Under the pieces are notes generated by a model. The model did not search any database. It was not told the DNA's origin and saw nothing but the letters and a program-made list of their open reading frames with translations. Positions 40,501 through 52,500 of a stretch of DNA of 64,000 bases are shown in pieces. Source of the DNA: Ginglymostoma cirratum (lineage: Eukaryota); contig JAHRHZ010000018.1 in NCBI GenBank assembly GCA_024137785.1, positions 14,661,607 to 14,725,606 on the forward strand, given 5' to 3'. The first letter of the stretch is position 1. Every line of letters starts with the position of its first letter. The position numbers and the translations under genes were made by a program.

Positions 40501-43500
40501 ATATTAAAAAACACAATAAATTCATGGCTTTATAAATTCTAGAATTCACAACTAATTAACCTTTAAAAGCAAGTGATGCAGAAGTTTTCTGGTCAAATAG
40601 ACAAGGAGTCAAAGAAAAAGGTATCACACTTGGATTCCCAAGCAATCTTATTGAGCTCCTTAAAAAGGAACTATTGTTGGTCATTGTCAGTTACAATTGT
40701 CCTTTTATTCTGGGCTAAATGGTATTTGGCAATTATCTGTTGCAAGTGTCATAGTAGGTATGATTCCAACCAGCACAGTTTTCCCCAATCCCACTGATCC
40801 AGTTGCTGCCAGCACAACTTTCTTCCAACCATATACCACTCTTCGTCATGTATTCAGCGAGTCTGCTCTGGCAGTGGGGCAGAACCTACCCAGTGACATT
40901 ACCATTACGCCAGCTAATCAAATGTTAAAGTCAAAACTGATTCAACAGGCTCCAAATAACTCCATTAACAATACAACAGAATACAAAATCAAATCTGGCA
41001 TTTAAACGAGGATAAATTTCATGGCAAATTATATGTAATTAACACTGTCATTACATCACCACAGAAGTTAATCTCAGGCTGATCAATACATTTAATATAA
41101 TGCCATTTAAAAGAAGATGCTTTTTACTGCAGTTGCAACTAATCCAGCTTGATCTTACCTTTAATTAGCTTAGGACTAGTTAGTGTCAGCATCCCAGCAT
41201 GTCCTGAAAGATCCAGGCCACTTGCCAACCATACAGGTCCACATAATATATCTTCCTTGTGTTCTTCCAGAAATTGACAAAGTCTGGGGCCTTCTTGGTA
41301 CATAGAATGGAAGGGAAAATGTGGTCATACACCTTTGTACTGTAATACTTTGACATAATTCTTGCACAATGTACAGTTTACACTAAGATGAAAACAAACA
41401 GAATGGAAACCCCATTAAATGCAAGTCTAATCAGTGGGATCATTTAACATCTAAGTGAACCCACAAATTATCCTAGAGAATTTGCACAACTGTATCGCAT
41501 AACCTTCATCAATTATTTTCCAAATTCCAGGCAATGAATTAGTTATAGCATTGCTATGAAAAGTGATTAGGTACTCAGAATCAATTAACACAACTTTATC
41601 ACCTGCAGAAACAGGATTGCCAGGACTTTGAAGCATGGGGAGCAAGAAGTCTGCTTTTAATTCAGTTCCACTTCTAAACAGTATTCACAAACAAAAGGAG
41701 CAAAATCAGTAGACTAAATCAACATGGACAGCTCTTGGAGGAACAGAACACAAGCCTATTTCCAGTTATGGGATAATGCACACTTTGGACATGGAAACAA
41801 GAGGAGTAAAAATGGTTATGATTTATTCTGGGGAAGTAAAATTCTTTAATCTCATTCTTGCGCCTGGATAACAATTTATTCAAGCAATCGCAAATAGTTT
41901 CTTCTTAAATTAATAAGAAGCCCTATTTCACTGCAAGACTTTTTCCTTAAATTGAACTGTGTGTTTGTCACTGAAATGTAACTGCTTATCGAATTAAAAA
42001 CATTAACAGTTACCAAATGGGCAGCACGGTGGCTCAGTGATTAGCACTGCTGCCTCACATCACCAGGGACCCAGGTTCAATTCTAGCCTCAGGCAACTGA
42101 CTGTGTGAAGTTTGCACGTTCTGACTTTAAATCTGGTGTTGCGTTGTTAAACCCACGCAAAACGTCAACATATATTTGATCACTTTCCCCAGTAGGCATT
42201 TATAAGGTTTGCCACTATTTGCTCATAACTAAAGCAATGATTGAAATTCAAACTAGTCTATTTTCTTGAATAATTAGCAGCATTGCCCTTTCAGAAACTT
42301 TAAAGCAAAAATATCATCTGCACATAGATTATCCGTAATATGATCAGTGGCAGGAGTTAAACTTCAAATCAGCTTCTATTTTTCTCCTCCTACAAATTAA
42401 AATGACAAATGCATGCAAAAAGGTGGTATAAAATGCACACATTCATGTACATGTTCTCCCCAAAGATCTATTTGATGTCAATGTTACACTCAAGAAATAC
42501 AGACTTGCACAAAACTTCACGTTAGTACCAGTTGCAAGCATCTAGACAATTGATCTTTCAAATCAAGTTTTATTTTGCTATTGATATCAGCACTATATAT
42601 GAAATTAAAGTGTGGGATTTCTCTAAAATGTCACATTTTAGCTAACCTTGAGATTCATCCACATCCATGTCTTCACTTAAATCAGCAAGATCAGATCGCC
42701 CATTTCTCTCTACCTCCACATGAGAAGCTGGAGATAAAGGGAACAAGATCTGCTTGTCCACTGCAGGCTCTGCAAGAAGAAGCAAGGAATAAAAGAAAAA
42801 CTTTCATTTATATCAAGCCTCCCAGAACATTAGGACATCCCAAAGTATTTTTCAGCCAATTTAGACAGGTGGTCACACCACAGATGAAGGGACCTGAAGG
42901 AGGAAGGGAATGGGTGACCACCAAGCAGTCCAAGAGAATCAGGCAGGTAAGTTCAGCAGTCCCCCGGGGTCTTGCTCACAAATTGGTATTCCATTTTGGA
43001 GGCTGGTTCTTCCAGGGAGTGCACACTGGCACACAAGCAGCCTGTCTGTACAGGATGGGGAGGACGAGAGTAATGGCAATAGTAATACTGGATTCTATAA
43101 TCAGGGGAACAGATAGGTGCTACTGTGGCTGTCAACATGACTCCAGGATGGTGTTTTATCTCCCTGGTGCTGATGTCACTGAATGGCTGCAGGGCATCCT
43201 GAAGGGGTGGATGATAAAGCAGAGGTCACGGTACATGGTGGTACCAAGATATAGATAGAAAGAGGGATGAGGTCTTGCATCAAGAATTCAGGGAGCTAGG
43301 CAGTAGACTAAAAAGTAGAGATAGTAGGAACTGCCGATGCTGGAGAATCTGAGATAATAAGGTGTAGAGCTGGATGAACACAGCAGGACAAGCAGCATCA
43401 GAGGAGCAGGAAAGCTGGCATTTCGGGTTGAGACCCTTCTTCAGAAATGAGGGAGGGGAAGGGGATTCTGAAATAAATAGGGAGAGAGGGGGAGGCGGAT

Positions 43501-46500
43501 AGAAGATGGATAAAGGAAAAGGTAGGTGGACAGGAGACATACAGGTCAAAGAGGTGGGGTTGGAGCCAGTAAAGGTGAATGTAGGTGGGGAGGTAGGGAG
43601 GGGATAGGTCGGTCCAGGCAGGACGGACAGGTCAAGGAGGCGGGATGAGGTTAGTGGGTAGGAGAAGGGGGTGGGGCTTGAGGTGGGAGGAATGGTTAGG
43701 GAGGCGGAGACGAGCTGGGCTGGTTTTGGGATGCGGTCAGGGGAGGGGAGATTTTGAAGCTTGTGAAGTCCACATGGGAACCCTGCAGGCCAAGGGTATC
43801 AAAGCGAAATATGAGATGCTGTTCCTGCAGCTTTCAGGTGGCATCATTGTGGCAATGCAGGAGACCCAGGACAGACATGTCGTCCAAGGAGTGGGAGGGG
43901 GAATTGAAATGGTTCACAACTGGGAGGTGTAGTTGTTTGTTGTGAACTGAGCATAGGTGTTCCACAAAGCGGTTGCCAAGCCTCCGCTTGGTTTCCCCGA
44001 TGTAGAGGAGGCCACAACGGGAAAAGCGGATACAGTATACCACATTAGCAGATATGCAGGTGAACATCTGTTTGATGTGGTAGGTCTTCTTAGGGCCTGG
44101 GACGGGGGTGAGAGGAGGGGCAGGTGTAGCACTTGCTGCGGTTGCAGGTAAAAGTGCTGGGGGTGATGGGGCTAGTGGGGACTATGGAGCGGACAAGGGA
44201 GTCACGGAGAGAGCGATCCCTCCGGAAAGCAGATAAGGGTGGGGAAGGAAAAATGTCTTTGGTAGTGGGTCAGATTGCCGACTAAAAAGCAGGATCTCTT
44301 GGGTCATGATCTCTTGGGTCATAATCTCTGGATTACTCCGATTGCCACATGCTAGCAAGCAAAGAAATAGGATAATAGTGCAGGTGAACATGTGGCTTAA
44401 GAATTGGTGCAGGAAGGAGGAATTTAGATTCCTGGATCACCTAGGCCGTTTCTGTGGAACAAACAGGACTGTCTACACTCTAACCAGAGCGGGACTAACA
44501 TTCTTGCGGGGTCGGTTTGCTAGTGCTGCTGGGAGGAGTTTCAATTAATTCAGCGGGAGAGGGAACACAGACTGTTCAAATAAGGGCACAGCATTGTACA
44601 GTAAAACAACCATGCCAGAGCAAGTACAGCTGTATTAATTCTCAGTGGAATAAGGCCAGGCTGCATGGCCTTTACTTTAATGCCAGGGTAACACAAGTGA
44701 AACGGATGAGCTAAGGGCAATGATTGACACATGGAAGTGAGATACAGTAGCCACAGAGACATGATTGAGGGAGGGGCAGGATTGCCAACTCAACATTCCG
44801 GCATATGGAACCTTCAGGTAAGACAGAGGAGGGTTGAGAGTGGAAGAGGCATTGCATTATTAGTTAGGTATCAGTTACTGCAGTAAGGAAAGGTGATATA
44901 ATTTGGAAGGGACATTGAATGAAGCTTTGTGGGTAGAGTTTAGGAATTAAAAAAAGGGCCAGCCATATTGCTAGTACTTATTATAGACACCCAGAGAGTC
45001 GACAGGAAACGAAGCAAATTGTGCAAATTCAAGGTGGTGAGTAAAATACAAAAGGGTTATTAAAGTAAGTGATGGATTTCAATAAAGCCTTTGACAAGGT
45101 CCCACACAGAAGACTTATGAAAAAGCAAACAAACGCAGGATACAGGGTAATTTGATGAATTGGGTTAAAAGTTGGTTCTGTTGTAGGAGACAGAGGGTGG
45201 TGACAAAAGGCTGCTTTAGTAACTGGAAGCCACTGTCCAGTAGCATACCACAGAGATCTGTGCTGGGTCCCCTTTTATTTACCATTTATACACATGACAT
45301 AGATGACTGTGCAGGGTTTGAATTAGCAGGTTTGCAGATGACACAAAAATTTGTCGGGTGGTTAACAGAGAGGCTGAATGTCTTGGACTGCAATAAGATA
45401 AAAACGGATGGTCAAATGGACAGATAAGTGGCAGATGAAATTTAACCCTTAAAAGTACAAAGGAGTAATTTGACAAGAAAGTAGAAAATGAACAATACGA
45501 CACTAGGAAGTTCTGTGGAACAAAGGGCCCTTGGCATGTTTGTCCATAAATGTCTGAAGGCAGAACGGCATATTAATAGGGTAGTGAAAAAGACATGTGG
45601 GACACTTGCTTTTACCAACTGAGGCACAGATTACAAAAGCAGGGAAGTCATGTTGGAGGTCTACAGAACTTTGGTGAGACCACACCTAGAGTACTGTGCA
45701 CAGTTCTGTTTGCCATATTACAGAAGGATGTGATTGAACTGGATGGGGTGCAGAGGAGGTTCACCAGGATGCTGCCTGTGATGGAAAACTGAAGTTATAA
45801 AGAAAAGTTGGATAGGCTTGGATTGTTTTTGCTGGAGCAGAGAAGACAGAGGCAATCTGATTGCGCTGTACAAGATTATGAGGAATATAGACAGAGTGGA
45901 CAAGGAGCAGCTGCTCCCCTTAGTGGAAGGGTCAATCATGGGGGAACATAGGTTCAAGGTGAAGGGGCAGGAGGTTTAGGGGATGTGGGGAAAATTTTTA
46001 TCCAGAAGGTGGTGATGCCCGAGAAGGTGGTAGCAGCATGTTGCCTCATATCCTTTATGGAGTACCTGGGTGCGCACTAGGCATGTCATAACATTCAAGG
46101 CTATGGGCCGAATGCTGGTAAATGGGATTAGGTTGAAGGTCAGGTGTTTCTCAAGCATCGGTGCAGATTTGATTGGCCAATGGGCCTCTTCTGTACTGTA
46201 TGATTCTATGATTCAATTAAGCACTTTTGAACCAACTTTTGTTTTGTAGGAAACAACGTCCAATTTTTACACAGCAAGCTCCCACAACCAGCAAAGTTGT
46301 AATAATAGGATAATTCACAAAGGGATAAATATTGACCACAACACCAGGAGAGCTCCCAAGGAGCTTCTTTAAAAGAATATTGTGGAATCCTCTAAATTAA
46401 CCTGACAAAACAGATGGGGCCTCAGTTGTCAACGTTCCATCAAAAAGACAGTACCGGTAATAGGACAGCATTCCCTCACCCCTGCAATGGAGCAGCAGTA

Positions 46501-49500
46501 GCAGTATAAACTTTTGTGCTCAAGTCTCTGGAGTGAGGATTCCTTCTACTGAATCTAGGCCAACAATTACTATTTAGTGACTACAGCAAAGGTTAAGGTA
46601 CTTCAAATACTTGCTACTCAATGTATTATCATCCCAACAACACCAACTTGTAGGTTAATAACAGGAGCAATAAAGGAATAATGCAAGTTAAAATTTTAAG
46701 CCTTTTCAATTCACTCCTCCAAGTAAGTAACTCATTAAGGGTGTTAAGTACACATGTATTCCAATAAAATAGAAATCATATTTCAAAAAAACACAAAAAT
46801 AGAAGAGAAAATCCTTACCATTGACTTTACCTAAACCAGGTGCCTTGTTTTTCAATAAAGTGACTTGAATCTGTGGAATGTTTGTGATGTTTGAATTCAA
46901 GACAAATTTGAAGTCCACATGTCCGACCATGCAGGCTTTGGGCAACACCAGCTCAAAGACATGTTCCTCCCAGCTGGTGCTATTAAGACAAAAGTTGTGC
47001 AGATGTGTGTGAATAGAGTTTTTGCGTAGAAAACTACATTTCCCAATACTGATATTCCAGAAGCTGAAACGAATTAAGTTATGCAAATATAAAACACTGC
47101 CAATTTTATGCTACATCTCAAAGCTCGAATTATCAGAAAACAAACTGGTGAGGCAGTTTAGAAAATAATGTTCCAGTGAATGTGAATAAAAACATATGAC
47201 TTTTATTTAGCTTTGACACAAATAGAATGGGAAGATGGGAATTCAACATTGAGTATGGGCTGAATGCCTTCTGAACTCCTTCCATATGAATATTCACTTT
47301 CTAATAAATCTCTGCTGCTCCAGTTTTGAATCCTTCAAAACCTGAAGGAAGCTAACATAGACCAGTATGTAAAGTAGAAACTTAAAATTTCTCCCTCAGA
47401 GCTTCCTATTCAATATGTCTAAAATCAAGGTTCACATAAAACAGCATTCATCTACATGCACTGTGAACAGCCCCACAGGGTGCCTACAATTGAATTAAGG
47501 GTTTGGTCTATTGATTGGCTTTAAACACTGAATGATCCAAGCCATGTCCTCATTTGAGGGAAATGATAACAATCAAATAGGTGGTGAGAACTTGCACGAA
47601 GATAATCAGTCAACATGGAATGAGGATTTTTTTGCAGCCAGCAGAAATAGTTTGCCAAAGATTAAACCAGTGTGTGCTGTGACCAAATGGTAAAAAATTA
47701 ACAATGAAGCCTTCAGTGCTTCAGTTCCGTCACAGCAACAACACCTGTATCAAAGTACTTTAGAAGCAAAACCAAAAATGTTGCCAAGGGAAGTGACAGA
47801 ATATTATGACATGGCCAAAAACTTGGATGATATGGGCTTCACGGAGGAGTGGGAGGGATTTCATGCAGGAATTCTAAAGCTTATACACAAGTATATATAC
47901 TGCAGGACACAGGATAGGTGGATGCAAACAGTGCTAACTGCCAGGGCCAGTGCCTTCAGGGAGGTCCTCTTGGACAGTACAGTTCCTCTCGCAAGTGGCG
48001 ACCAGAGCAAGGCTGCCCCTTATATGCAAGCAACAGACAGAATCTGTGAGGAGCTTCAACTTCAAATCCAGGCTCTCGTTCTTATTTTATTTGCTGGTAG
48101 GTTCATTAGCGTACTGGGTTTTGACCTTGGTTGGGTGTGGGGTGGAAGAGGTGCCCCAGTACGAGGCAAATCAGGATAACCTGGGGTTTACTGCCTGCTG
48201 TCACAGAGATGACAGTTGTACTGGAAGCTTTCAAAGGAGACAGAAGAATTTTCTTAAACCTGTCAATAAAGAAACGCTCAAATGACTTGGGGTAGAGTCA
48301 CATGGTATCACTCAGGTAATGCATTCCTTGAAAATTATGTGCAATCTCTAATTTAAGGCTGCCTGAATTGTTTAAGCTGAGGAACTACAACATGGGAAAA
48401 TGCACTGAATGTTATTGCAACAAACACAGCCATTTGCTAAATTTAAATCTTGGATTGGATTGAGATCCGACAAACAGTGAATAGTGTGTTATCTACCTGA
48501 TTAAAATATTCCAGCCTTATACAATGGAAACACATTAACTATGAACTCACGAGTCCGCAGTAGATATGTTGGAGAGATCGCATTTTTTTAAAATGCATAA
48601 GTGTCTGTCAGTTATTTTGACAACGGCTTTTGTTGCTGACTTATGCCTCATGTACCAAATTAAATATTGTGGTGTCTAGTAAATTAATATTTTTCTTGTG
48701 TTATCGCTTTACTTTTAATGGGGGCATTAATAATTGAGGATTTTGATGGTTTTTTTCTATTTGTGTTTCAAATATACCACTGGTCAATTCAAATACAGAA
48801 GCAACTGTACTAAGTGTGTGCATCATCTATCACAGTATTCTATAAAGCCCAAAGCACATAAAAAAGGCACTTGGTGGAAGCTGTTGAGAGGTAAAAATGG
48901 GGCGGGGGGGGGGGGGGGGGGGGGAGATGAGAAGGGGCCTGCAGGAGAAGCACCTGGGCCCATGATTTCTCGGGTCCTGTATGGTTATGAAAGGAAGGTC
49001 AAAAAAATTTCTGCAGTTAGATACATAAAAAGAAAATTTCAAAGAGTTTTACAGTGCTGAAGATTATAACGTTAAAAAAGCAAAAGGCCATGGAAGGGTC
49101 AGGATTTTAAATTTGAAACTCTGGGAAAGCAGAAACCAATATCAATCAGTAAGAGCAGAATCCAGGATGTAATCCTGTAGTACAAAATTTGGACAAGAGG
49201 AATGTTTTGGACGATGTTGAATAGGACAGCTGGCAGAACACTGGTTTACTTGAAGCTGCAGATAATAAAATAGGGATAAGGACTTCAGTACAGATGGGGT
49301 AGACAGAATGGAGATGGGCAATATTATCTAAGTGGAAGGGGATACGTCTTTGCGGTGGAAAGTAGTGAGTCAGTTAGTACAATGAAGTTGCAAAATCAGG
49401 TGTGCTCTGAGATGGTACTGGAGAATAGAAATTTGCAGAAAGGACACAGGGCTTGTGATTGTTGATGGCAGGGCCAAGATAATGGCTTCAATCTTTGACT

Positions 49501-52500
49501 GGAAGAAACTGCATTTCAGCAATGCTGCTGTCTGACAATAGTGGTATGCAATAATTCAAGATATTTAATCGTACTGAACTATATAACTTAAGCATTATCC
49601 AAGAGTGGGTTCAATTTATTTTCATTTTACAGGTTAGAAAGTCAAATAGATTTGCTCGAACTTGACTAATGTGCTTTGCTGTACCTGTCTGACTGTAGTT
49701 TCCATGTGCGAGTATGCTGAGCTGCATCCCCATGGTGCTGTTGGTGCAGGTGTTGTGGATGTCGCCTCTGCTGTTGCTCCTGCTGAACCTCCACCCAACA
49801 GGGAGGGACAGTGGCTGAAAATCGTGGGGTCAAAGTCTCAAATCGAGTGAGTTCCACCAGCGATGTCAATACTTCTGCAGTGAAAGGCTGGTCCACCAAC
49901 AAGTCAACCCCTGGAATCAAGAATGAATAGGTCAAATAAATTTAGCAGCATCTTTCCCCCACTCCCATCCGCAGACAGACAGACAGAGAGAGATAGACAG
50001 ACAGCTGGAGAGAGACTCTTTTTTTTGTTTCATGAGATGTGGATGTTGCTAGCTGTCACCCATCCCTAACTGCCATCAAAATAAGGTGCCTTTTTAAACC
50101 ACTAAGTTCTAACACAGTTTGGTATAATCGAATGGCTTGTTAGATCATTTGCAGGTTAAGAATCAACCTCATTGTTGAAAGTTGGAGTTACATGTAGACC
50201 AAAACAGGTAAGGATAGCACATTTCCTTCCCTAAACAAGAGATGAGTGAACCTGATAGGTTTTTAAACAGTCTCCAATAGTTTAGTGCCGCAATCACTGA
50301 TTAACTGAATCTACAGTTGACAACAGTAATGGGATTTGAACCCATGTCTGCACAGCATAAACCTAGGCCATGGTACTGCCAGAAGCTCAATGGATAAGGC
50401 ACCTGACTTTGGAATGGCTCATGATGTTACTAGAAGATTGCAAGCTCAATTCCTGCAATTGCATAATGGTATCTGTTGTGGCTTAGTTAGAAGGACTCTT
50501 CCCTCTGTCCCAGAAAGTTGTGGTTTAAAGTCCCATATCCGAGTCCAGAACAGTAAATCTATGATGCTGCTCAAGTAAAGAGGCTTGGTGCACTGACAAA
50601 GGCAGAGCTTTTCAGATGAAATGTCAATCATATTTCTTATAGGACTCTTATGGTACAGGGGTGGTGTCTCTACCCTTGACCCAGAAGGCTCAAGTTCAAG
50701 TCCCATCTTCTAGGTGTGTTGTTACATATCTGAACAAGTTTGACTAAAAATATTGGACTTCTGAATGGCATCACCATTATGCCACCATCTCTCCTGAATG
50801 GGTTGACTATGAGAACCTAAATAGCACTTTTGCCCAGAATTATTCTGAATTACAAGCAGTGCCATTAAAAAAAACACATCCTCCCAATCTTCAAGAAACA
50901 TAGATGATTTTTTTCCTCCCAAGAGAACCATTCCAATACACATTGAAAAACATCAAACAAGTCGGCTTCATGCAGTCACAATCTTGCTCAATCCTACTGA
51001 CTCAATGTCACATACTGTTCTCAATGTACCCTCATAACAGTACAACTGACTCCAAGGAATGAAATTAAATCTCAATGTATAATCCCAAGGTGAATATTTT
51101 CATTTCTGATACACTGCAAAATTGCCTCAATGGTCAGGGATTTCCAATTAGTAACTATATACAACTGGAAAATGTTCATTTTTTTTAATTAAGGCAATGA
51201 ATTTTTGAGTAAAATCTAATTAAGTTTGACTTATGAAAGTCCCAAGAGCACATGATTATGGATTCCAATTATCTCACTTTCAAAATAAATTTATAGCTTA
51301 ATGAATACTTCAAGATACTTTTTTTGGAGTTATGATGTTTTGTTATCGAAGGTAGAGTTTGTAGAAGTGCATTTTGATGAACATCACAACATGACTGTTT
51401 CAAAAATAGGATGCAGAAATGTCACCTTTGCAAGAATATGGCAAAAAAGTAAAGTTGCTGATACACCACCTCTGAAACTTCAGTACAAGCAAGAGTTTTA
51501 CTCTAATTTCATTTGGTTATTTTAAAAAATTGCGTATTTAGGAAGATTAAGTTTGCTTACTGTACAAGAATGTGACTATTACAAAGATAAACTAAATGAG
51601 TATACACAGACAAAGCATGGAATAATGCTGGCAGCACTTTCCCAAAATGACAGCATACAAATTATTGAGTAAGCACCTTGAACATTTTAAATGAACTGTC
51701 AGTCCTCAGTGAAAATAAGCTTCTGCCACCCAACTCAAAAAGATTTCAAATGGTCAAGCAGTAAATATTCAGCTGCTTCCAGCACCACCTTTCCAATAGT
51801 ATGCATGGGTACAGACAGAGACACATTCATCAGGATCTTTTCTCAGAACACCAATTCTACTGTCTTCAGCATAGCAATGTGTATCCACAATAATTCATCA
51901 AAAAGAAAACTCTACACTCTTGCTTCAAGAGCAGTGGAGACTGGGTAAATGAACATATTAAAGGCCAAGCTAGGCAAATTTTTGATCAACAAAGGAGTAA
52001 AAGGCGATTAAACACAGGAAGAAAAGTGGAGTTAAGGTCACATCAGAACAGCTACAATCTATTGAATGGCAGACCAAGCATGATAAGCCACACTCGCACT
52101 CCTATTTTTATGACCACCAGCATTCTCTGTGCAGATTGCTAACAGTAAATGGATGTTTCACTTGCTTTGAACTTGTGCTCTGTTATGAAAAGTTTGCAGT
52201 TTTGCCCCCTCCAAAATCAAGCCTCTTATTCTTCCATTCTTGCACCTTCCTAAAGCTGGGTCCATTCCACAAATTTCTCCACCTGTCACTTCTTACAAGA
52301 TCAGAAATTCACCAAATAAAGTGCTGTTGCCTGAAATCTTTACCACGTCCCTCAAACAGCTCAATGCAGTTTACATTTAAATCAGCTATGACAAGCACAG
52401 ATAATTCTGTAGGAAAATTGAGATTGCCATTTGAAACAGCAAACTCCAAAAAACAGTTCTGAGAAGAACAATTTATCTTTGATAATGCTGACTAAGCAGA

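Noticed and set aside
41602-41674. Possible extra exon ([23 protein letters not shown])
   Set aside because: The open frame needs a phase-2 entry but the host intron is phase 1; the phase-1 frame hits TAA and the donor is weak.
41291-42646. Possible lineage-specific intron gain, suggested by the weak AAG acceptor
   Set aside because: The peptides join cleanly (ESQ-GPRLC) and I have no evidence that the intron is absent in other vertebrates.
42575-43258. 227-aa plus-strand ORF as a novel gene
   Set aside because: It is a chance chimaera of the antisense of a BIRC6 exon, a SINE tail and decayed CR1 ORF1.
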